Part shown: positions 42,785 through 55,859 of the stretch, piece by piece
Layout of the letters: each line of letters begins with the position of its first letter
How positions within the stretch are numbered: position 1 is the stretch's first letter
Origin: Eledone cirrhosa
Lineage: Eukaryota
Reading direction: 5' to 3'
DNA: 64,000 nucleotides
NCBI GenBank assembly: GCA_964016885.1
Contig: OZ024741.1
Location: forward strand, 322,772,001 to 322,836,000
The notes under the pieces: model-generated
Told to the model about the DNA's origin: nothing
Database searches by the model: none
Seen by the model: the letters and a program-made list of their open reading frames with translations, nothing else
Made by a program: the position numbers and the translations under genes

Positions 42785-42985
42785 ACAGCCCCGGCGGACA
42801 GGATGGAGAAGGCGTTCCCCCGGAGGACGGCAAGGAAGACGCGCTGGAAAAGCAACTCCAACTCGCCGGGCTGATACCTGCGGCTGGCCAGCTCAGCGCC
42901 TATGGTGGTGAGTAGGGAGGTAGCCCTAGGGCCGAGGATACCAGAAGACTCCACTGCCAGGGGTGAAATACCAAAAAGTAGAATT
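42785..42985 (-). pseudogene. CRE-type retrotransposon C-terminal (restriction-like endonuclease) fragment
   Basis: PLAVESSGILG...LFQRVFLAVLRGNA. Confidence 0.75.
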
Positions 42986-43086
42986 CCACATCGGTTACCG
43001 GACGGACACACATATTAGCATTAAGTGCTCAAACTGATGAACCATTAGTAACTAAACTTTACACACTATATATATGTGAGTGTGTG

Positions 43087-43150
<64 letters not shown>

Positions 43151-43743
43151 TACGTACATTTTAATTAGTCGCAAATCATATTCACTTTAACAACTAGAAC
43201 GCGGTACTTCAATGAAATTTGGATATTTTTTCTTGCATGTCGAGTGACCACATCGAGGCTCCATATATGTGTGTATGTATTGGTGGTGTAGAACAGAGAG
43301 GGTAATAGTGACAGAGAGAGACAGCAAGGGAGTGAAAGAGAGGGGGAAGAAAGACAGAGAAAGATTGACAGAGGAGAAAAATAGTCTCAACAGAGTGACA
43401 GCGGTGGGGAGGGTAAGTGTAGCTGTTATAATTATTGGCCATTGAATTTTCCGCCCACATCTAAACATTCTTAAGAATGGCAAGCTTCTAATTCTCGTAC
43501 AAATACAGTTATATATTACTACTACTACTACACCCATTCACTCACACATTTACACCTGAAAACGTACCCACATACTACTAAACAGATTTGTGGTGAGATC
43601 GTATATGTGTATAACGTGCATATATAACCCACACGTGCCTACTGGATCACATGTCCATCGGATACATTCACGATTTACGTACACAATAAACAACATGTAT
43701 ATAACAATATATTTTCTCAGAGACAATATACACACGTACACAG

Positions 43744-44268
<525 letters not shown>

Positions 44269-44279
44269 TTTATATATAT

Positions 44280-44668
44280 ATAAATAGACCGAGAAACAAG
44301 TATGTCCGTCATCAGTAGCCTGCTGATTATCATTGGTATTTCTTCGCATTAAAGACTCGATACCTAAAATCAGTGCGAGAGATAACTAAATTAAGTTATC
44401 GGGGCAGAAGAAAACAGATTCATTGACTTGTCTCTCTTTTCCTCTCTTTACGTTGCATTACTACCATGTTGTTTGTTTCCTTTCCTCTGTTTTCCTCTGT
44501 CCCGATAACTTAATTTAGTTATCGCTCACACTGATTTTAGGTATCTAGTCTTTAATGAGAAGAAATACTAATGATAATCAGTAGGCTATTGATGACGGAC
44601 ATACTTGTTTCTCGGTCTATGTTTATTCATATATTCATATTCGCAACAACGCAGCACGCCATTTTTCA

Positions 44669-44672
<4 letters not shown>
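44280..44672. mobile_element. Fold-back element in (TA)n with a covarying stem-loop
   Basis: 44283-44417 is inverted at 44486-44620. Confidence 0.8.
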
Positions 44673-44742
<70 letters not shown>

Positions 44743-44751
44743 ATATATATA

Positions 44752-45882
44752 TAGGAACAAGTATGACCCCGACGGCAGAGCTCAAGCCGTTTCGACGGCT
44801 AATTCTGGACTAAATAAGAATTTTTAGCCTGGTAAATAAATAGCCGAAATTCTCAGGGGGTAATTCCTTATATGGGAAGATAGTAATTGTCAAAAGGATT
44901 GGTCAAAAATTTGTTGTAAAGACAGATGATTCTATCATGGTATTTGGTGGAAGGTAGGGGTAGCTGAACTTGCCGGTAGAACAAAGAGGGAGTGGGGGAA
45001 ACCCAGTCAACCCTTGAAAGTGAAATCTATACAGCAGATTCTAAGGATAGTGTACAGAAGGTCGAAAAAAGTGTACTAGAGAAGGGGAGGGGGGGTGAAA
45101 GAATAGGTAAATCGAAAGGGAGTAAACAAAAAAATCATTATAAAAATAAGGAAATAAATATATAAAAAACAATTTCTGGTTACTACTCCATTTCCACAAT
45201 CACCAAATCTCTCATTAGTATTGCTAAGCTATAGAAAAGTTTAATAGGTGGAGAAAAATACTAAATACGAGATTGTAGTGAAAGAATTTTATAAAGCCGG
45301 CTTTACAGGGGTGTAACTCCACTGCTATAGTTAGTTAGTAATCAGCCAATTGCTATCTTGCAATGACAGGTTAATAAGTTGAGAACAAAAATACTAAAAT
45401 ACTACTACAAAAATACTAATACGAAATATTAATTCAGAATACTAATACAGAAATACTAATACAAAAATACCACTAAGAAATTTAGAAATCACAGAAATGG
45501 AGCAGCAACCAGAAAGAAAACAATTTACTGGGGTCTAACACATCTTCTATAAAAAGCGTAATCGGCCAATTCTATCATAAAAATGGTGGGGGGGGGGTAC
45601 TGAGGCTACAGAGGACCGATGCGCTGCAACGGGGTAGGCGAAAAGGTGAAAAAAAGACAAGGAAGGAGATCTGGGGGTGGAAGGACTAGGAAAAGATGGG
45701 GGGGGGGTAAGAAGGAAATATAGAGGAAAAGATAAAAGGTTGACGTAACTTTTTTATTTTTTTAACTTTTTTATCTTTTCCTCTGTATTTCCTTCTTCTT
45801 ATGTTGTTTATTACATAACTAAAAAAAGCTCTGTAGTCTACATAGAGCACTCTCTTTTCCTTTACCTTTGATACGGAAACAC

Positions 45883-45890
<8 letters not shown>
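44752..45890 (-). mobile_element. Penelope-like 3' fragment with a decayed HHR (44766-44861) and terminal inversion (45708-45800)
   Basis: ACCCC-CUGAGAA...CGGCUA/UAGCCG..GAAA-CGGC/GCCG-UC-GGGGU; flanked by (TA)n. Confidence 0.5.
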
Positions 45891-45924
<34 letters not shown>

Positions 45925-46089
45925 CAAACATAGATACGCAGTTGACTGAGTTGACTGGAACAACATGAAATAAGGTGACTTGCTGAAGAACACAGCGCAC
46001 CGACGGGAATCGAATTTACAACCTTACGATTGAAAGCCGTATACCCTAACCACAAAGCCACGCGACTTCACATACATACAAACATACAT

Positions 46090-47680
46090 GGTGGCTGCCA
46101 ACTTGTTTTCGAGTACGGCCACTACTTTATATATATGTAGTAGAACCCCTATCGATGCGCTGAACGAGTGTGACTTTTTAGTCCAGCCAGCGACTTGAAA
46201 ACTCTGGTACAAACACTACACTTGTGACAATTATTGACACATAGTGCTAGGCCCATGGTACAGGTTGTACAGAGTTACATGTTACCAGTACCGTTCGAGA
46301 GTGACATGACATGATGACAAACAAACAAACATACATACATACATGAATGCATGCATACATACATATCTGCACACACACACACACATATATATATGCGCAT
46401 ACATACACGCACATACATACACACATACATGCATATATACGTAAAACAATACGTTCTTATATATACATAAACACATCCATGCATGAATGCATCCATCCAT
46501 CCACCCATACGTACATACATAGATGGTAGATGCCAACTCGTTTTCGAGTACGGCCACTACTTTATATCCATGTAGTAGAACCCCTACCGATGCGCTGAAC
46601 GAGTGTGACTTTTTAGTCCAGCCAGCGACTTGAAAACTCTGGTACAAACACTACACTTGTGACAATTATTGACACATAGTGCTAGGCCCATGGTACCATG
46701 TGACGACAAGTGCAGAGAGATCTCCAGATATAAAGCAATGCCTGTGTCGTGAAGCTTTGATAGTGAGCAAAGGCACTGCACAAAGCCAGTCCCACTCTCT
46801 TGACCAAGATGATATTTACCAAAAAGAAGAACAAGTCAACATCATTGGATACCATCAGGGTTGCAAGTGTTATATCAGAGTTTTCCTTCTCCTAGAATTC
46901 TGCCTTGACAAAGGCTAAGGGGTCGGTCATCTCTCCCGGTGATTTTGGATGGCCATTGACTCTTAAGAGGTCCTTTGCCCAAACATCTCTCCTGGTGATT
47001 TTGGATGGCCATTAACTCTTAAGAGGTCCTTTACCCAAACATACATACATACATACATACATACATAGTGGCTGCCAACTCGTTTTCGAGTACGACCACT
47101 ACTTTATATCCATGTAGGAGAACCCCTACTGATGCGCTGAACGAGTGTGACTTTTTAGTCCAGCCAGCGACTTGAAAACTCTGGTACAAACACTACACTT
47201 GTGACAATTATTGACACATAGTGCTGGGCCCTTGGTACCATGTGATGACAAGTGCAGAGAGATCTCCAGATATAAAGCAATGCCTGTGCCGTGAAGCTTT
47301 TATAGTGAGCAAAGGCACTGCACAAAGCCAGTCCCACTCTCTTAACCAAGATGATATTTACCAAAAAGAAGATCAAGTCAACATCATTGGATACCATCAG
47401 AGTTGCAGGTGTTATATCAGAGTTTTCCTTCTCCTAGAATTCTGCCTTGACAAAGGCTATGGGGTCATCTCTCCCGGTGATTTTGGATGGCCATTGACTC
47501 TTAAGAGTTCCTTTGCCCTTTGACAGGTTTTGTTTTTAGTCTTGCAGGATGTCCAAAGTCACCCTCCTCACCAAGAAACCTTGGTGGGGTTGCCAGTTTA
47601 GTCGCCAACGACCCGACCATGAGACAGGTTGTACTGGGATACATGTTACCAGTAGCACCAACTGGTGACCTGACATTAAC
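46090..47680 (-). mobile_element. Three copies (one long, two truncated or deleted) of a short RTE-derived non-autonomous element separated by (CATA)n
   Basis: Shared block at 46091, 46525 and 47068 encoding C2H2-like CSVCTRVFKSLAGLKSHTRSAH; 5' part 47550-47680 is homologous to 60370-60487. Confidence 0.75.
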
Positions 47681-47949
47681 ATACATACATACATACATAC
47701 ATACATACATACATACATACATACATACATACATACATACATACATGATGGCTGCCCCCTCGTTATCGAGTTTGGCCATCACACGATAAAAAGAATTTAT
47801 TGTGTGATGGCCATACATACGTACATACATACATGCGTACATACACACACATACATACATACATACATACATACATACATACATACATACATACATACAT
47901 ACATACATACATACATACATACATACATACGTACGCACATACATACATA

Positions 47950-50900
47950 CAGTCACCACGATCAGTCGCATATTTTGGCGTGGGAGACTATTTATTAAAT
48001 TTAAGATGAATACTATCTCCGACAGTAATGCCACAACTACAGTCATGTTGAATAACTGGTTATTCTTCTAACCATATCTTCTGAAGATACCTTTTATTCG
48101 AATTCGTAGAGATATCCGACTAAATTCATTTTACAAGGATTTGCTACAAACAGCATGGCTGAACACAACATCAACAACAAAATTAAGGACGTACCGAAGA
48201 CAAATAACAAGGAAGGTAAACAAACTTTATTCAATTGTAGCTACAGAAGAAACTGAAATTATAAATCACATTTCTCTTGGAGTTGCGAACTTAATAATGA
48301 TTTATTTAATTCTTATAAAATGGCAAATAAACAATCCCTCCTTTGGCTATATGAACAGAATGAAGCTACACTGGGACGAAATACACCCAGAGCTAAATTA
48401 TTTCACAGCGAAACAAATACGCCAACAAGCGACGTTTTTTGAACGTAAAAATAAGATAAATAGTATTAATTGTAAGTCCCCCACAACAAACACGTTATCA
48501 ACAACACGTGCTACAGGTCGCCATGCTACTAGACTTCCTAGCAGCCGAGTCGAACAGTGCCTTGAAACAACTATGCCTGTAAGAAACTTGCACCACCTGT
48601 ACCATCTAAGTCTACCTCGAATGCTGGAGAAAACACTATCGATAATAATAATAATAATCGAAGAAATTTAACACCACGTGTACCATCCGAGTCTACCTCG
48701 ACTGTTGTGGAAAATACTATCGATAATGATAATCAAAAGTATAAACAATTGAAATTTTCCCCCAACGAAATCTTCCAGAGAGAAATTAATTCATGTATAA
48801 ATACCTCTCTTGCTGAACGTATTAAAACGACAATGTTTAATAAAAAACCAAATAATGAAATATTACGTGTTATTGACGAAATAGGGGATGAATATTTACG
48901 ACGGATAAAAACCCCAACATTTTGGCAAATCAACGCCTGTCTATATGCCTTAGCAACGAAAATGAAGCATTATCTTGGTGATAGCAGAGATATTAACAAG
49001 AACAGAACACCACCTAAAATACCATCATATATAACTAAAATAGAAAAAAAGATTGCTGACCTACGAAAAAACATAGGATATGTGACAATGCTCCTTACAT
49101 GCAAACAAACACTACCGACCCATTGCATGCCAGAACTTGATGTATAAGATGTATACAGCCTGCCTGAACTTATTCCTCCAAGATCATTGTGAAAATAATA
49201 ACATCATCACAGATGAACAAGCAGCTGGAAAGAAAGGGGTTTGGGGATGTGCTGAACAACTCCTAATCAACAAAACTGCGATGTCGGAGGTACGACAACT
49301 TAGGAGGAATATGGCTACAGTCTGGCTGGATTACAGGAAAGCTTTCGATTCTGTTCCCTACTCTTGGATGATAGAGGCCCTCCAACTTGCTAAAGTCCCA
49401 GACATTATTGTCAGAGCCATAGAGAGGCTGTCTTCTTCTTGGGCTACTATCCTAAGGTTAAAGACAGAGAGGGAGGACTCTATTTTCACTGATAAAATAA
49501 AATATTTCAGGGGTATATTTCAGGGAGACAGTCTCTCTGTGATATTATTCATCTTGTCATTAAACCCCTTGTCCTCTCTGCTCAAGAAATGTGAGAGATA
49601 CATCATTGGCTCACAGGAGGACAGAAATACGAACCTAACCCATAATTTCTTTGTGGACGATCTGAAACTCTATGCCAAGAACATGGATGGGATGAAGAAA
49701 AATCTTGACCTGGTTACAACGTTCTCAAAGGATATAGGAATGGAGTTTGGCCAAGATAAATGCTCATACATGAGTGTAAAGCGGGGAAAAACAACAACCC
49801 AATCTAGCAACATTGTCATCAATGGCCTAACTGTTTCGCCGATATCTGATGAGGACTGCTACATATACCTGGGGATAGATGAGAACATATCCTATAATGG
49901 TATCTGTAATAAAGAACACGTAACCAAGGAATACTACACCCCATTAAGAAAGATCTGGTCATCGGAACTCTCTGCGCAAAACAAAACAATGGCTCACAAT
50001 GTGTTTGCTGTGCCTGTCCTAACACCAACGTTTGGAATACTCAATTGGACGATAGACGACATCCGAGCAGTTGATGTTGGAACTCGAAAAATACTAAACA
50101 ACACCGGAAACTTCCACATCAACAGTGACATAGACCGCCTTTACTTGAAACGTAAGCAGGGAGGCAGAGGCCTAACATCAGTCCAGACAACATTTGAATG
50201 TCGCATCATATCTCTCCGACAACATCTACGAACCTCGAAGCGTAGGAGCCCGTTTCTCGAGCAAGTCTATCTGCATGAAACAGATAAGATCATGAGAGTT
50301 GGGAAGATATTCCCTGTGTGATTATCAAAAACTCACACCCAGGGAAGTCGCTCAGCAGTATCGCAGTGAATCCATGGATAAAAAACTGCATAGTTATCAG
50401 CAAAAAATCATGCATGGATATGTTGCCAGGAAGCTCCAGAGTGAGAGTAATATAGATAAGGAAAGTAGTCTATCTTGGACCAACAACCGCTATATTGGCT
50501 CCCACTTTGAAGGATACGCTTTTGCAATCCAAGAACAGGAGATTAACATAAAATACCTGATTCACAAAAGAGATAGGGATACAGGCAAAACACCTAGATG
50601 TGATAACAAGTGCAGACTCTGCAGAACTAACATCGAGGATATCACCCGTGTCATCAGCAGCTGTCCAAAGATGTCATCGCGGTACTATCTACCTATGAGG
50701 CATGATGTAGTGGCCAAAATACTGTACAATGCAGTTCGTAAAAAAGATAGCCCCGATAATAAACACATTAAAAGCTACAGCAATGTGGATGACATCCATG
50801 TACATAATATGAAAGACTGCTGGTGGAATGTTCCAGTAAAAACTCCAATAAAATGCAGGCATAACAGACCAGTTATTATGATGTGGGACAGGGAGAAGAA

Positions 50901-51432
50901 AGCATGCACAGTAGTGGAAATTAGCTGCCTAGCAGATGCCAATATAATATTAAAGATTAGTGAAAAGGAGAATATTTATGTAGAACTGATGAGAAATCGG
51001 CAGATACTCCACCCTGATTACACCTTCAGATTTATTCCTGTGATTATTGGGGCACTGAGGTATGTTAGTAACTGCCTCAATACAAATCTTGAGAAGCTAG
51101 GCTTCACAGGAACAGAAAGAACACAACTAGTTAGGAAATTACAAGTACAATCCATTAATGGAACAGTAAAAATATGTATAACATTCCAAAAATTTTGCAT
51201 CTAATAACTGCATATACACATGTACAGATGCAAAGCATATACACATGCACACATACAACTCAAAACATCCACATCCACACATACAATAACATCCATATCT
51301 ACACATGCATGCATGCATACATATCTACCTAGTTGATGTTGTGTAAATTCCAATGAGAGAGTCTTGCGTCTATGTTAGAAACCGACTCTCTCTCTTTTGG
51401 TAAAACTTTGTGAAATTATAAAACCAGAAGAA
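47950..51432 (+). mobile_element. R4/Dong-type non-LTR retrotransposon (internal deletion and frameshifts) in a (CATA)n tract
   Basis: YRPIACQN, DYRKAFDSV, GIFQGDSLS, FVDD RT motifs; CRLC zinc knuckle, RHD and RLE-like NRP..VEISC..KENIY motifs. Confidence 0.88.
49112..51204 (+). pseudogene. R4/Dong RT plus restriction-like endonuclease, frameshifted near 50310
   Basis: ORFs 49137-50321 and 50299-51204; catalytic PD is read as PV and the zinc-ligand His as Arg. Confidence 0.85.
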
Positions 51433-52061
51433 CATACATACGTTCGTACATACATACATACATACATACATACATACATACATACGTTCCTACATATATA
51501 CATACATATATGTGTAATTGCTATATACCACTTCTTGTGTAGAATACATCAAAATAATATCACACATACCACTTTAATTCAATTGACATATAGCCGGATA
51601 ATTTTTTATGTTTTACGTATATGTAAATTCCTTAATGATTTAATTGACAATTTGATTTTTACATCTCTGATGGAAAATATCCCAAAGTAGACGTTTATCG
51701 CTAATGTGTTGTGGACACTTTCTATTTGATTCAGAAATCAAACGAAAAAGAAAGTGAAGTAAAAGAAGAAAAAGAAACAGAAAAAATAAATTAAGCAACG
51801 AAAGAAAACGAAAGTTGGAAGAAGCGTCAGACTCAACGTACTCGTCTAAACGGTATTTTTCAGCTTCGTCCCGCTGACAAAATGGCGAAAGCATTCCCGC
51901 GGAGAATGGCCAGCAAAACCCGATGTTACAGCCACTCCACCTTAGGTTCGACCATAGCTGTATACAGATATGTATTGGAATTTCGTATTTCTAAAGAAAT
52001 ACGGTATGTTTATAAATAAACATTTAGAAAGCTGTAGCTGTAGCAAAAACACCGGCAGCTA

Positions 52062-52075
52062 TCGCCACCTGGTGG
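52062..52075 (-). promoter_or_regulatory. CTCF-like core motif
   Basis: CCACCAGGTGGCGA matches CCASYAGRKGGCR; sequence match only. Confidence 0.35.
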
Positions 52076-52092
52076 TGTCCAGCAGAAGCAAC

Positions 52093-52138
52093 AATCGTCG
52101 ATGCATTTCGAACTGAACTGGTTCTCATCAGGACGATC
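52093..52138 (-). ncRNA. Canonical minimal type I hammerhead ribozyme
   Basis: GAUCGUC/GACGAUU helix I (7 bp), CUGAUGA, GAAC/GUUC helix II with G-C base pair, GAAA-UGCA-UC. Confidence 0.9.
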
Positions 52139-52594
52139 CCTCCGCTCTTGCAACTGTTGGACTTTGAAAACAGGCTAGTGTTTTTTGTTTCGTTTTTTTT
52201 TTTTCGATTTTACGGAGGAAACCAGCAGTTCGGCGACCGAGGACACCTGGTGTCTCGACGGCAACAGGTACAAAAAGGAACGGTCGGTCAAGTCCTGGTA
52301 TTTCGTTATCTTCTCCTCCCTATTTGTGGGCGAAAAAAAAAAAGAAATGAAAAGAAAAAAATCATATATGATTCACCGATATAATGGCGGTTTAAGACAG
52401 AGAAAATCAACGCTGCTGATTGGCAGGAAATATCTATTTTTACTTTTTTTCTGGTTTCATTCATTAGTCTATGGCCATGCTGGAGTATCACCTTAAAGGG
52501 ATTTTAACGGATCACATTGACCACAATACTTTTTTTTTCAAGTCTGGTATTATTTTGTCGATTTGTTTATTTATATGATAAAAACATTGACACT

Positions 52595-52664
<70 letters not shown>

Positions 52665-52734
52665 ACACACACAAGCAAACAAACAAACAAACACACGCAA
52701 ACAAACACACACAAACATCACATATATATATATA

Positions 52735-53085
52735 CGATAGGCTTCTGCAGTTTCCGTCCGACAAATTTCAATCACAAGGCATTGGTTAATCTCAGACTAC
52801 AGTAGAAGCCACTTGCCCAAGTTGCCATACAGTGGGATTGAACCCGGTTACGTAGCAAGCTTCTTAACTACACATCCATGATTGTGCATACTTCCTAAAT
52901 TCGAGTATTTCATTTCGATTTCAACAACCATGATTTGCAGGGGTTTTGTCATTATTATTTTTTCTTTGAGTTCAAATCCCGCCGAGGTTGACTTTGCCTT
53001 TCATCCTTACGGGGTCGATAAAATAAAGTACCAGTAATGCACTGGGTAATTTGCTGGCCTTGTGCCTAAAGTAGAAACAATTATT
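52735..53085. mobile_element. Two SINE copies (tRNA-head family on minus 52735-52890; family A 3' part on plus 52967-53083)
   Basis: Similarity to other copies in the window. Confidence 0.7.
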
Positions 53086-53453
53086 TTTTTCTTTGTTCTA
53101 TCTTGTTTATTCTTTTACTTTGACGAACATTTTTGAAATGACCAATGATTTATGAAAACGGAATTGATATGGTGTTCAAATCTGATTAATATGTGTATGT
53201 GTGTATCGTTAACCACACCAATATTTTCGAATTTCAATTTCTTTATTTGCACCTTCTTGCATTTTCTTATAAGGGTCTCTCTACGGTGCATTTGGAATAA
53301 CACAGTCTCTAAGTAAATAATTTCATCAAGTTTCTAGTCTTTCACAATCTCGTCATCGTGCGTGAGTATTGATGGCTTTTTTTATTGTACGAGTCAGAAT
53401 ATTTTATGGAGGTTTTATGCAGGTCTTTTTAAATTCACACCTATTCCAGAATA

Positions 53454-53492
<39 letters not shown>

Positions 53493-53513
53493 ACACATAT
53501 ATATATATACATG

Positions 53514-53604
<91 letters not shown>

Positions 53605-53689
53605 TACACATATATATACATGTATATATATATATATACATGTATATATATATATACATATATATACATGTATATATATATACATATAC

Positions 53690-53779
<90 letters not shown>

Positions 53780-53857
53780 GTATATATACATATATGTATA
53801 TATATATATATATATATATGAAATATAAGAATCAAGGAACTGTTCAAAACATTATTG

Positions 53858-53904
53858 TGCTTACAGCTGTTTCCTCCAAACCGAGGTTTGGATTCTTCGG
53901 AGCA
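53858..53904 (-). ncRNA. Minimal hammerhead with core CCGAAGA (U4C), in (TA)n
   Basis: UGCU/AGCA helix I, UCCAAAC/GUUUGGA helix II, GAAA-CAGCUG-UA. Confidence 0.65.
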
Positions 53905-53969
53905 ATTTATTAATGCATGGACAGTTATATGACCTATATTTACATAACCATAAATAGTATAACTAATAC

Positions 53970-54050
<81 letters not shown>

Positions 54051-54054
<4 letters not shown>

Positions 54055-54393
54055 TAATTCAAAATATTAACAAAAATAGATATTCGTGTGATCAAGTATA
54101 TTTTATTATACATATTTCAGAGGTACTGAGCTATCTCCATGACTGAATCTTAACCATCTACTAAGTCAGGGTATGTCATGCATCATCTTATTTTATCTGA
54201 TGAGGACGTACTGTTGAAGATAGCTCAGTACCTCTGAAATATGTATAATAAAATATACTTGATCACACGAATGTCTATTTTTGTTAATATTTTGAATTAA
54301 TATTAATAAATCCGGAAAACCATTACTGTGGAGTGCTTCCAATCTATTGTAAAACTCATTCTTTGATTTATTCATTGAACCTTGTTTAACCTT

Positions 54394-54395
<2 letters not shown>
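54051..54395. mobile_element. Fold-back HHR element between (TA)n tracts
   Basis: Arms 54051-54136 and 54218-54302; homologous to 41347-41690. Confidence 0.85.
54189..54255 (+). ncRNA. Minimal type I hammerhead ribozyme
   Basis: UAUUUUAU/AUAAAAUA helix I (8 bp), CUGAUGA at 54197-54203, GGA(C)GUACUG/CAGUAC(C)UCU, GAAA-UAUGUA-UA. Confidence 0.82.
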
Positions 54396-54470
<75 letters not shown>

Positions 54471-55535
54471 GAGAGAGAACTAGCAAATAAATATTGATTA
54501 ATTAAAATGATAATCTAAATTACTAATTTCGTTAGAAAGAATAGGTGTGGGTAACCGTTGAATTGTAATTAATTAAAGTTAATCTTAAATGAAATCTACT
54601 GCTGAGTGGATCTGACAAATAAGCAGCAACTATGCTCATGTTTCCGTCTTATTGGACCTCCTCTGGGAGTTGTAGTCTAAATATTACTGTAGATTATAAA
54701 TGATTAGAAAAGTATATATTTTGAATGAACAGAGTAAGGTGTTGTAAGTTAAAAGAATGATTGAGGAGGAGCAGTTGTAAAGACGCCTGTTATGTGAAAA
54801 CTAAACAGTAAATTGGCAAGGAATATTAATTAAATCATTAATTAATATTATATTAATGATGAGAGCACTAATTATCTGCATGATTAATTCTGTTGAAGAC
54901 AGGCGGGCGAGACACACATCTAATTTGTAATTTATATAATTTAATTTAATATGGAATGCAGTGTGATGTGCGTCTATGTGTGACATGTCTTCAGCGATAT
55001 GGTGGCAACCTCACACGTTGATAACAAGAAGAAAAGCGTACTCAATACAACAAGTAAAATCATTTATAGAAGTTAAGAATCATTTATCCGATATTCTAAA
55101 ATCCAAAATACGAAACACTTCCGATCCCAATCATTTCAGATTGTCAACTTCTTTTATGGAAGGATATACACGTCTATGCTAATCAACCTGTGTTATATTT
55201 ATTGGAAGCTGAAAACGTAACAAGATGTTTCTCTTTGATTAGAGAACACCAAAATGTAAAAGATAATAATTTCGGATTTAGAAGACAAAAGAATCCAGCA
55301 TTTAACGAAGACAGAGAAGCAACCATTCAAGCCAGATATTTTTAATCACCAAAAGACAGCTAGGTTTCAGAAGGGCTACAACTTCTAAACAACCCTTTAA
55401 AAGCAATTTTGCGTCTTTAAATAATGCTGATGAGATTCTCGTTTCTATGGAGAAGACAAATGGACTTATAACAGGCTTTGATCTAATAATATTGGTAATG
55501 TATATCTATTTATCTATCTATCTCCCCCCTCTCTG

Positions 55536-55600
<65 letters not shown>

Positions 55601-55614
55601 TCTCTCTAAATATA

Positions 55615-55729
<115 letters not shown>

Positions 55730-55859
55730 CGAAGGAAGTGTGGTAGGGAACCAGGACGCTTGAAGTAGCAGGAAAAAAATATAATCTACTAATCCTTCGT
55801 CATTTATATATATATATATATATATATACATACATACATACATATATATGGTAACTCCA

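Larger units (their letters stand above)
51874..52315 (-). pseudogene. CRE-type endonuclease fragment split by a ~250-bp HHR-containing insertion
   Basis: KITKYQDL..FVPVAVETPGVLGRRTAGFLRKI (52315-52205) resumes as EWL*HRVLLAILRGNAFAILSAG (51950-51874). Confidence 0.7.

Noticed and set aside
43551-43610. UACAC-CUGAAAA...GAGA...GUGUA as an HHR
   Set aside because: Both conserved boxes are mutated; not distinguishable from chance
44570-44600. SECIS element
   Set aside because: AUGA...GA spacing is short, there is no apical AA loop, and the pairing is not conserved in the 35k copy
47590-47660. HDV-like ribozyme in the RTE-derived 5' segment
   Set aside because: P2-, P4- and CUAA-like parts are present but P1, P3 and L3 do not fit; needs a descriptor search
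51780-52400. CpG-rich stretch with AAAATGGCG as a host promoter or exon
   Set aside because: Explained by CRE retrotransposon coding remnants on the minus strand plus the HHR insert
55420-55470. CUGAUGA-GAUUCUC...GAGAA as an HHR
   Set aside because: No GAAA box or helix I; at most a remnant
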